Assembly (NCBI GenBank): GCA_043797545.1
Contig: JAZDPN010000073.1
Coordinates: forward strand, 1 to 57,523
Direction of reading: 5' to 3'
DNA: 57,523 nucleotides
Origin: Patescibacteria group bacterium
GTDB lineage: Bacteria; Patescibacteriota; Gracilibacteria; JAHISY01
A program made the position numbers and the translations under genes. Below are positions 7,404 to 14,602 of the stretch, piece after piece. Positions within the stretch are counted from its first letter, which is position 1. The number at the start of each line of letters is the position of its first letter. Under the pieces are notes generated by a model, which worked only from the letters and a program-made list of their open reading frames with translations, searched no databases and was not told the origin of the DNA.

Positions 7404-7532
7404 GGTGATTGCGGTGGGTGAGAAATACAAAAGCTCGTGCTTTGTTTTTCGAAAAACATTTCGGCGCGCGCCGCCACAAAGTGGCCCCTTCGGGGCGAAA
7501 TAATTTAAAATTCGCACGCGCTCGCAGCGAAT

Positions 7533-7555
7533 TTCGATTCCTGTCGGGGCCACCA
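7533..7555 (+). repeat. Direct copy of the 3' 23 nt of tRNA-Arg(CCT)
   Basis: TTCGATTCCTGTCGGGGCCACCA versus 7349-7371 TTCGATTCCTGCCGGGGCCACCA (22 of 23). The upstream sequence cannot form a T stem, so this is not a second tRNA. Confidence 0.9.
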
Positions 7556-7556
7556 A

Positions 7557-9032
7557 TTAAAAATTCAATTCGCGAATCGCCTGCCAGCGCCCAACCGACC
7601 AAATCGGACCTCGAGTAATTGTTTGAATTTGGGTAAAAAGTTTTTGCAACTGCGAATCAGTCAGTAAATTTTTATTTTGTGAAAGCGAATCGAGATAGTC
7701 GGTCGGCAGCTCGCGCGCGAAATGCCCGATACGCCAATTCGGCGTGGCGGGAAGGCGCGCGAGAAATGCATCAGTGAGCGCATATTCATCGATGATCACG
7801 CAATCACGTGGCGCAAGAAATCCGTAAATGCCGACATTTGCGAACGATCGAATGCCGTGACATTCGCCCTGGTTTTTCGGCGCCCAAGAGTGATTTTCGA
7901 TACCGCCGAGACGAATCATCGCGAACAAAGAATTTTCTGATTCGAAAAATTCGCGCTCATCCGCGATGCCGAAATCGTTGATTGTTTTTGCCGCGATCGG
8001 ACTGCCCGAAAAATTAATTCCCCAGCCGACAACCGCGAACAGCAAAATAATTTTGGCGAATTTTTTGAGCTGAACAAGGTCGGGGATTTGTCCGAGCAAA
8101 ATTACCGAGCCGAAAAAAAGTGGGGCGAGGAAACGACCGGACATGAAGTCGCCGCCGATTTTGAGAATATAAATTAGATACAAACACAGTCCCGCCGCGA
8201 GGCCGAGCAGTTTTTTCGAGCGAGAAACGAGCGACCAAACGAACGCAGCGAAAATCGTCGCGAGCGTGAGCGGATCGCGAATGAAAGAGTCGATTAAATA
8301 TTTGCCGCCCTGCGCGAGCAAAGCGAGCGGCGCGATTCCGGTCGCGAGTTTCGCGTAAAAAGTATTTGGGAAAGGAAAACCGAAATAAATCAGCGCGAAA
8401 AATTCCCACAGAATGAGTGGCGTGTAGCCGAGCAAAATTTGACCGAACGCTTTTGCTTTGTGCGGCGCGGCGAAAAATTCCCAGAGCAAGACCGGAACGA
8501 AAAGCAAAATCGTGTCGAGGCGATTGACCGTGGCGAGTGCGGCGACGAAGGAAAGCGCAAGCAGTTTTCGCGGCGAATCTTTTTGGAAAAAAATGAAAAC
8601 GAAAAGCGCGAACAAAAGATTGGTCAGCGGATTTTCGAGGCCGGAAGTCGCGAAATCGAGAAAAGCGTGCGAAAAAAACAGAAGCGCGAGTACGAAAATT
8701 TTGGCGAAGTCGCGCGAGATTAATTTGCGCAATACGAGCGCGAGCGCGGCGCAGCTCGTCAAAAACGAGACGCTCAAAGTCGTGAAGTACGCTTCGCGGG
8801 TGAGGAAATAAAACGGCGTGAGCAGAAATAACCAAAGCGGGTGAGTGAAAACTTGGACACGCTCGACGACATTCCAGCGCAAGCCGAAACCGTGCACGAA
8901 GTTGTCGATCACGCGCAAGGTAATAAATGCGTCGTCGGAGATCCACGCTCGCGCGACGAGACGGACAAGTAAAAACCCGAGCAAAATTCCGATCCCGATT
9001 CGCAGCCAAGTTCGTTTTTTGAGTGCGTTCAT
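7557..9032 (-). CDS. GT-C fold membrane glycosyltransferase (ArnT/PMT/arabinofuranosyltransferase-like)
   Basis: About 12 TM helices and an N-terminal loop motif WISDDAFITLR typical of GT-C enzymes. Confidence 0.55.
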   Translation of the reverse strand: MNALKKRTWLRIGIGILLGFLLVRLVARAWISDDAFITLRVIDNFVHGFGLRWNVVERVQVFTHPLWLFLLTPFYFLTREAYFTTLSVSFLTSCAALALVLRKLISRDFAKIFVLALLFFSHAFLDFATSGLENPLTNLLFALFVFIFFQKDSPRKLLALSFVAALATVNRLDTILLFVPVLLWEFFAAPHKAKAFGQILLGYTPLILWEFFALIYFGFPFPNTFYAKLATGIAPLALLAQGGKYLIDSFIRDPLTLATIFAAFVWSLVSRSKKLLGLAAGLCLYLIYILKIGGDFMSGRFLAPLFFGSVILLGQIPDLVQLKKFAKIILLFAVVGWGINFSGSPIAAKTINDFGIADEREFFESENSLFAMIRLGGIENHSWAPKNQGECHGIRSFANVGIYGFLAPRDCVIIDEYALTDAFLARLPATPNWRIGHFARELPTDYLDSLSQNKNLLTDSQLQKLFTQIQTITRGPIWSVGRWQAIRELNF

Positions 9033-9060
9033 CGCGAAAATTTTACGCTAAAATCGCGCC

Positions 9061-9543
9061 GTGAAAATTGCGCTTATTTCAGATTCGCACGGCGCGCTCG
9101 ATCGACTCGAGGAAGTTTTGCACAATTTCGACACGGCTGGGATTCGCGAAATCGTGCACGCGGGGGATTTCGCGCTTGGAGAAATCGTGGAACTTTTGTC
9201 TAATTTTCCACAGTTGAGTTTCCGGATCGCACGGGGAAACTGCGATGTTGATACTGAGAAAATTTTGGCAATTGCGAATTTACCGAATGTCGAACTCGAG
9301 GAAATTTTGGAGTTCGAGCTCGGCGGACGGCGCATCGCGGTCGCGCATCGGATTCGAGATTTAGCCAATTCAGACGCGCCAATCTTGATTTCTGGACACA
9401 CGCATATTCCGAGCGCGAAAGCGGTGAATGGAAAATTATTTTTGAATCCGGGCTCGCTGATGGATGACGGCGGCTATTTCATTTTGGATTTGGCGAATTT
9501 AATTGTTGAGCGCAAGCTTTTTTCTGACAAAGCTCTGGCTTAA
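9061..9543 (+). CDS. YfcE/MJ0936-family metallophosphoesterase
   Basis: Motifs ISDSHG, HAGDF, GNCD and SGHTH. GTG start. Confidence 0.75.
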   Translation: MKIALISDSHGALDRLEEVLHNFDTAGIREIVHAGDFALGEIVELLSNFPQLSFRIARGNCDVDTEKILAIANLPNVELEEILEFELGGRRIAVAHRIRDLANSDAPILISGHTHIPSAKAVNGKLFLNPGSLMDDGGYFILDLANLIVERKLFSDKALA

Positions 9544-9567
9544 AATTGGGCTGCGCTATTTGGAAAC

Positions 9568-10083
9568 ATGGACCGAATCGAAGTTCACAAAACGATCGCC
9601 ATCGTCACTATCAAGCTAATGATTTTGCAGCTGTTTTTTGCCTTGGTATATTTGGCGACATCTTTGATTAGTGATTCTGTTGATCTATACAACAACGGCA
9701 CTTTTATGAATCTAATCGCTTACGACAGTCTGACTTTTATAATTATTGCTTTGGTGCATTTGGCAATCACTTCGTATATTTTTTTGCAGTGGACGATGGA
9801 AAAATACATTCTCCTGCCCGACAAAATCCGCCATCAGTGGGGGATTCTTTTGCGGCAGACCAATTCTTGGGACATTAGCAATATCGAAACTGGCTATATC
9901 ACCGAAAGCGTAGTCGCGCGGCTTTTTGGTTATGGCACGATTACCTTTCACAGCCCGACTTTGGAAACGCGCGTTGTTTTGCGCGATGTTCCCTCGCCTT
10001 CTTTGGTCACGAATTACATTGAGAAAAATTTGGCTTTGCTTGGTAAATCGCCAATTAAGTATTTGAAAGCTGATTCTAAATAA
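9568..10083 (+). CDS. Membrane protein with a bacterial PH (YdbS/YdbT-like) domain
   Basis: Two N-terminal TM helices, then a WDISNIETGYITESVVARLFGYGTITFHS pattern. Confidence 0.45.
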   Translation: MDRIEVHKTIAIVTIKLMILQLFFALVYLATSLISDSVDLYNNGTFMNLIAYDSLTFIIIALVHLAITSYIFLQWTMEKYILLPDKIRHQWGILLRQTNSWDISNIETGYITESVVARLFGYGTITFHSPTLETRVVLRDVPSPSLVTNYIEKNLALLGKSPIKYLKADSK

Positions 10084-10142
10084 AAAATAATGTTGCATTT
10101 AGCTAACTTTGAGTTAGAATTAGCTCACTTTAATTTTTAAAA

Positions 10143-10523
10143 ATGCAGTACAAAAGATATCGCTCGCTCAAAATCGGACTTGTGATGCTACTCGCTGCGA
10201 CTGTCGGTGGCTTCGTCAGTCAGGGAAATTTTGTGATTCCGCTGGTCGCTTTTGCGATCGCCGCAGGAACAATTTTTCTAGTCAGTCGTCACGTTGATTC
10301 CGTTCAAAATGATGAGCGCATCGAAAAAATCGGCGGCAAAGCGGCGCGCTGGATACTCGCGATTTTTGCAATCGGAGGCGCGATCGCGAGCATCGTCCTC
10401 ACCGCGCTCGCCAAAGATAATCCGATTTATCAAATTCCGGCCTATATTTTTTCGGGTCTAGTTTGGTTTGTCTTGGTTGGACATCTGGTTTTGTTTTATT
10501 ATTTCAATCGCAAAGGCGAATGA
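10143..10523 (+). CDS. DUF2178-like membrane protein
   Basis: Four TM helices. Translationally coupled (ATGA) to a small XRE regulator, which is the usual DUF2178 context. Confidence 0.4.
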   Translation: MQYKRYRSLKIGLVMLLAATVGGFVSQGNFVIPLVAFAIAAGTIFLVSRHVDSVQNDERIEKIGGKAARWILAIFAIGGAIASIVLTALAKDNPIYQIPAYIFSGLVWFVLVGHLVLFYYFNRKGE

Positions 10524-10714
10524 AAAACCGGATCAAAATTTTTCGCGCACAGTTTGATTTGACACAGAACGCACTCGCGGAAAAAGTCGGCGTGCGTCGC
10601 GAGACGATCGTTTTTCTCGAACAAGGAAAATACAATCCCTCGCTCGAGCTCGCTTTTCGCATCGCGAAAGTTTTTGGCGAACCGCTGGAAAATGTTTTTA
10701 TTTGGGAAAAATAA
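10520..10714 (+). CDS. XRE-family HTH transcriptional regulator (YozG-like)
   Basis: The sequence [48 protein letters not shown] is a canonical Cro/C1 HTH. Confidence 0.8.
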   Translation: MKNRIKIFRAQFDLTQNALAEKVGVRRETIVFLEQGKYNPSLELAFRIAKVFGEPLENVFIWEK

Positions 10715-10717
10715 ATC

Positions 10718-10740
10718 TGGCGGAGGGAGAGAGATTCGAA
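10718..10740 (-). repeat. Direct copy of the 3' 23 nt of tRNA-Ser(GGA)
   Basis: TGGCGGAGGGAGAGAGATTCGAA versus 10881-10903 TGGCGGAGGGAGGGGGATTCGAA (21 of 23), in the same orientation as the tRNA. Confidence 0.9.
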
Positions 10741-10880
10741 GCTGGCTTCAAGTTCTGTTTTTAATTTGAGATTGTCGGCGGCGCGCGCCGAAATGGTTCG
10801 CGAAATACGGAACGCGAGCTACCAGGTGTCTCACCCACTCCCCGCGCCAAAAAATTCGCCTGTGCGGGGGCAATTTTTCG

Positions 10881-10970
10881 TGGCGGAGGGAGGGGGATTC
10901 GAACCCCCGAGGCAGTTGCCCGCCTACCCGCTTTCCAAGCGAGCGCACTCGGCCACTATGCGATCCCTCC
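10881..10970 (-). tRNA. tRNA-Ser (anticodon GGA), long variable arm, CCA encoded
   Basis: The reverse complement folds with acceptor GGAGGGA/TCCCTCC, anticodon loop TTGGAAA, an extra arm GGCGGGCAACTGCC, and T arm GGGGG-TTCGAAT-CCCCC. Confidence 0.85.
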
Positions 10971-11034
10971 GTTTTAGCGAAATTTCAAAACTGGGCGAGG
11001 CAACCCTCACCCCGATTTGCGAAGTGAGGTTGAA

Positions 11035-11247
11035 TTATTTTTCGGAGGAGGACTCCGCCGCCACATTCTTTTCTTTGGTCGGCTTTTGCAAAGTCCGCAG
11101 ACAGCTCGTGCAAATCACGACTTTCACACCGGAAAATTTCTTCGAAATTAAATTCGGGAGAAAGCGGCGGCGTGTGCGACGTTTGGAGTGGGAAACTTGA
11201 TTTCCGACTCCTGGTTTTTTGCCACAAAGATTGCAAACTTTACTCAT
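11035..11247 (-). CDS. rpmB: 50S ribosomal protein L28
   Basis: [33 protein letters not shown] is the conserved L28 N-terminus. Confidence 0.9.
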   Translation of the reverse strand: MSKVCNLCGKKPGVGNQVSHSKRRTRRRFLPNLISKKFSGVKVVICTSCLRTLQKPTKEKNVAAESSSEK

Positions 11248-11293
11248 TGGGGAATGTTAAAATTAACCGAGCCGGGGGATTTTACGAGAAAAA

Positions 11294-11920
11294 ATGTTTT
11301 TACTCAACCTTTCGCCTTTCGAAATCCTGTCCTGGGTGGTCGGCTTCTTGGTCGCGCTCTCGGTCCATGAGGCTGCTCACGCTGCTGCTGCGAATTACCT
11401 CGGTGATCCAACCGCGAAATTTGCAGGCCGGATGAGCCTGAATCCCTTGAGACACCTTGATCCGGTTGGAACTTTGTTTTTAATTTTCGCAGGTTTCGGC
11501 TGGGGCCGACCAGTGCCTGTCAATCCGGCCAATTTCGCGAATCCACGCGCCGGAGAGATTTTAACTTCGCTAGCTGGGCCGCTCGCGAACTTCGTAATAG
11601 CGCTCGCCCTGGCGATTCCTCACAATCTGCTTGACCCCGGGTCGCTCGGCTTTCTTTTTGTGCAGAATGTAATGTTTGTGAATATAGTTTTGATGGTTTT
11701 CAATCTCCTGCCTATCCCGCCACTGGATGGAGGCGGTGTCGCGGTGAATTTCTTACCGATTGAGCTGGGCGAGAAATACCGCCGCAACGGTCCGATTTTG
11801 CTATTTGCTTTGATTGCGTTCGATTGGGTCTTTAAAACAAGTCTTTTGTGGGGCATCCTCGGAAAATTGGTCAATATCGTGTTTGTAGCGATTAACCTAA
11901 GCACAACATTTGGGGGCTAG
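11294..11920 (+). CDS. Site-2 protease family (peptidase M50) membrane metalloprotease
   Basis: HEAAH zinc motif and NLLPIPPLDGG motif within a polytopic membrane protein. Confidence 0.8.
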   Translation: MFLLNLSPFEILSWVVGFLVALSVHEAAHAAAANYLGDPTAKFAGRMSLNPLRHLDPVGTLFLIFAGFGWGRPVPVNPANFANPRAGEILTSLAGPLANFVIALALAIPHNLLDPGSLGFLFVQNVMFVNIVLMVFNLLPIPPLDGGGVAVNFLPIELGEKYRRNGPILLFALIAFDWVFKTSLLWGILGKLVNIVFVAINLSTTFGG

Positions 11921-12203
11921 TTTGGACGAAAACAAGGCGTGAAAATAATTTCAAATGTAGCGCAACTCGATTTGATTGCACACAAAATTTGTTCGGGTAA
12001 ATTGGAGCCAATTCTTTCACATTCCCCCAAAGGGGAGCCGACTAAACATCGGTTCGCGAACTCGTCGCGAGGCCAAATCGCTCACAAAATTTAAGGGGCT
12101 TCGTACATTCTCTCGGTCAAATACGATCGCGGGAAGAAACCCCACCTGAATTACAGGATTGCTGCTTTCCGGAGCAGACGGTGTGAAAGAAGAATATCGA
12201 GAA

Positions 12204-12232
12204 CCTTCCCGATGCCTATCGGGAGGGTTTTT
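12204..12232. terminator. Hairpin CCTTCCCGAT-GCCT-ATCGGGAGG + TTTTT (possibly bidirectional)
   Basis: A 10-bp stem followed by a T run on the + strand. It sits directly after the stop of the minus-strand gene that ends at 12236. Confidence 0.55.
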
Positions 12233-12235
12233 GTC

Positions 12236-13144
12236 TTACCTGAAAGCAATCAAAGTGCCATACATAGTATGGGGAGCGTATTTTGCATTTTGCGCGAGCA
12301 AACCCTTTTCAAAAGTCTCCTTTACTGAGTTATCCGACCCGAAATTCAACTCCTCGGCCGTGACTGGTGGAATCGGCTGAATCTCGTTTGTGTTATTGGT
12401 TCTTTTAATCCCGACATAACCCAACTCGCTGTCAATCACCCGACCAGGATATTCGTGACGGTAACTAGTCTTCACGTCCTCGTCGAGCTCACTCATTTTT
12501 TTCATCTCTTGATCGCTGCCCAACTCGCCCCACTTGCCGTTTTTTTGACCACAAAAATACGAGTTCAAATTCTTTTCGCGAGCGGCGGCGAGAAAATTTT
12601 TGACCGCAGCGGGATTGTGCGAAATCGCGACAAACGCATCGACATTTTGCGAAAAGAAAAGTTGGTTGAGCTCTTTCGCGATCGGCGTCCCGCGCGAATT
12701 GGGATCGACGACGGTCAGCATCAAATCGGCGACGTGCGAATTTTGCGGCCCATCGGAAGTCAAACTGCTCGCGAAACCGACAGCTTTGCCATCTTTCATC
12801 GCGACAAAAATACGATCCGACTCGCAAATTTCATTGAGATTGGCGACTGCTTCTTGATAAATTTTTGGGTCTGTCGGATTCCAATTAATTTTTCTATCGC
12901 GCGGCGCAAATGCGACGGTCGACAACTTGCCGAAAAGTCGCACCAATGAATTTTCGTTTGCTTGTGACTTCCAAATTTCCGAATCAGTCACATCAATCTG
13001 CAAAACTTCATAACCCGGCAGATTCGCGGTTTCCAGTTTTTTGATTTTGCAACCGAGTGGACTCGACAAAACATTGGTGATTTCTCTTCGCCCGGAACGA
13101 GAAATTGGAGATTCGGAATTTGGTTTATGCTGATCGACCATCAC
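12236..13144 (-). CDS. Hypothetical protein, possible GNAT-like central region
   Basis: Long ORF with ordinary composition. The segment FVAMKDGKAVGFASSL...VVDPNSRGTPIAKEL is reminiscent of an acetyltransferase fold. Confidence 0.4.
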   Translation of the reverse strand: MMVDQHKPNSESPISRSGRREITNVLSSPLGCKIKKLETANLPGYEVLQIDVTDSEIWKSQANENSLVRLFGKLSTVAFAPRDRKINWNPTDPKIYQEAVANLNEICESDRIFVAMKDGKAVGFASSLTSDGPQNSHVADLMLTVVDPNSRGTPIAKELNQLFFSQNVDAFVAISHNPAAVKNFLAAAREKNLNSYFCGQKNGKWGELGSDQEMKKMSELDEDVKTSYRHEYPGRVIDSELGYVGIKRTNNTNEIQPIPPVTAEELNFGSDNSVKETFEKGLLAQNAKYAPHTMYGTLIAFR

Positions 13145-13189
13145 AAAAATCCGCCAATTTTAGCAGAAATATAAGCTAAAAACAATTCG

Positions 13190-13232
13190 TTTTATTTCAA
13201 ATACTCATCCCACGCCTTGATCGGCAACTCGA
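13190..13232. repeat. Direct repeat, left copy: duplicate of the last 13 codons, stop codon and 3 downstream nt of carB
   Basis: GTTTTATTTCAAATACTCATCCCACGCCTTGATCGGCAACTCGA matches 14560-14602 with one mismatch. Confidence 0.9.
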
Positions 13233-13280
13233 CTAACAATCCATCACTTTACTCGAACGTATTTCAATTTTTTATAAAAT

Positions 13281-13475
13281 ATGTTAAAATGCGCAGAAAC
13301 AAAAACTATGAAATCCAAACAAAAATCACTCCTGCCGCTTGCGGCTGAGATGCTGCAAACGCTCGACGCGGCACAAGAAAAAGAATTGGCACGCAAAAAA
13401 ATACTCGCGAAACGAACCGAGGAACTTTCTTCGCGAATCGAAGATTTCGAACAAACACAAAAACTTTTGGGTTAA
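13281..13475 (+). CDS. Small coiled-coil protein (64 aa), cassette gene 1
   Basis: ORF in an AT-rich segment. Its stop overlaps the next start (TAATG). Confidence 0.4.
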   Translation: MLKCAETKTMKSKQKSLLPLAAEMLQTLDAAQEKELARKKILAKRTEELSSRIEDFEQTQKLLG

Positions 13476-14560
13476 TGTCAATCGAAAACAAAGACCGACC
13501 ACCTGTTGCCAAAACAGAAACTGAGCTTGAGCGTTTAATGCCCGAGTACGCCGAAATGCGTGATGCGATTATTAATGTAGAGGTGGCCGCAAACAAAATG
13601 GAGCTGCAAAAAAGACAAGCCGACGATATTAACAATGAAATCGTTGATCGTCTGTCAACAATTAAAGTGAAAATAGATCAGCTCGCCAAAAAATATCCCG
13701 ACAACGATAGTCTGCGGATACTTATGGATATGTACGAAGATATTAGTCAGGATTTTATTTACAGTAGGAAAACTCGGGTTGACACAAGTTTGCAAAAAAG
13801 ATTGGCGGAAGTGCAAAAATCTGTCGTCGATGCTGGAATTACTACCGTTCCCTCGGAAAATATTGATAACCCGAAAACAAAAGAATTGGTCGCAAAGATG
13901 CAGCAACTCGGAATCCCGATTGAACGAGTCACAACTCGCCCAAACGCAGACCGAACTGTGATTCTGATAGTCTGGGCCCATCCCAATCCCGGGATGAATG
14001 AGGAAGTAAGAAAGGAGTTCGGCATCTTTGAAAGTCAAAACAAAGTTAATGATTATATTGCCAAATTATCTCAAGCTGGAATTTCAAATCATGTACTTAC
14101 CGAGGGAATTCCGGCCAATATAAGTCCTGAGCTTAAGGCAAAAGTCTTAGCTGAAATGGCCCAAAATGGGTTTCCGTTTATAAATTTAACAAATATTTCT
14201 ATTGAGGGTGTCGAAAACAAAGCTTTTTTGCTAAAAACAGCAACCGATTTAAGTTCAGCTAATTACCAAATCAGGGCAACTATCAACAATATAGTCATGG
14301 CTCACAACATCGAAAATTCTATGCGGTCTGGAGAGGTTTCGATCGCCGTCATGGGCGCGGCTCACGAATTTGAAATCGATCAGAGCGAACATCAATTGTC
14401 TTACTCGCAGGCCACCTCTTTCGAAGCTAATGCTAATGTGATTGTCATAAATACGGCAAGGGAGTTCTACGAAGCTACTCGCGACCCTAAAAAAATGGAG
14501 CTCATGAAGCAAGCAGCAGCCAATTTTCAGGCAGGGATTAAAGAACAGTTTTCGAAATAG
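13475..14560 (+). CDS. Hypothetical protein (361 aa), cassette gene 2
   Basis: Long AT-rich ORF with an N-terminal coiled coil. The C-terminal half carries VWAHPNP and VMGAAHEFE motifs. I can assign no family with confidence. Confidence 0.55.
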   Translation: MSIENKDRPPVAKTETELERLMPEYAEMRDAIINVEVAANKMELQKRQADDINNEIVDRLSTIKVKIDQLAKKYPDNDSLRILMDMYEDISQDFIYSRKTRVDTSLQKRLAEVQKSVVDAGITTVPSENIDNPKTKELVAKMQQLGIPIERVTTRPNADRTVILIVWAHPNPGMNEEVRKEFGIFESQNKVNDYIAKLSQAGISNHVLTEGIPANISPELKAKVLAEMAQNGFPFINLTNISIEGVENKAFLLKTATDLSSANYQIRATINNIVMAHNIENSMRSGEVSIAVMGAAHEFEIDQSEHQLSYSQATSFEANANVIVINTAREFYEATRDPKKMELMKQAAANFQAGIKEQFSK

Positions 14561-14602
14561 TTTTATTTCAAATACTCATCCCACGCCTTGATCGGCAGCT
14601 CG
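14560..14602. repeat. Direct repeat, right copy (functional 3' end of carB)
   Basis: See 13190-13232. Confidence 0.9.

Noticed and set aside
7483-7555. A 73-nt stretch (GGCCCCTTCGGGGCG...CGGGGCCACCA) could be a second, degenerate tRNA, because its ends can pair like an acceptor stem.
   Set aside because: No D arm or T stem can be formed (CGAAT versus CCTGT). The internal sequence instead folds as an 8-bp AAATTCGC/GCGAATTT hairpin. I regard it as a partial duplicate and not a tRNA gene.
7409-7618. ORFs crossing the tRNA-linked spacers (7409-7618, 10748-10948, 10766-11200) share a peptide word (HFGARR).
   Set aside because: The shared peptide is only the translation of the conserved 19-nt CATTTCGGCGCGCGCCGCC. 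The ORFs overlap tRNA genes and show no coding features. I treat the region as a nucleotide-level element.
12140-12180. The hairpin CTGCT-CCGGAA-AGCAG (minus-strand reading) resembles the SRP RNA helix 8 GGAA tetraloop region.
   Set aside because: The conserved asymmetric-loop sequence (AGGUCAGG...GGAAGCAGCC) is missing, and the loop is a simple hexaloop. This is not SRP RNA.
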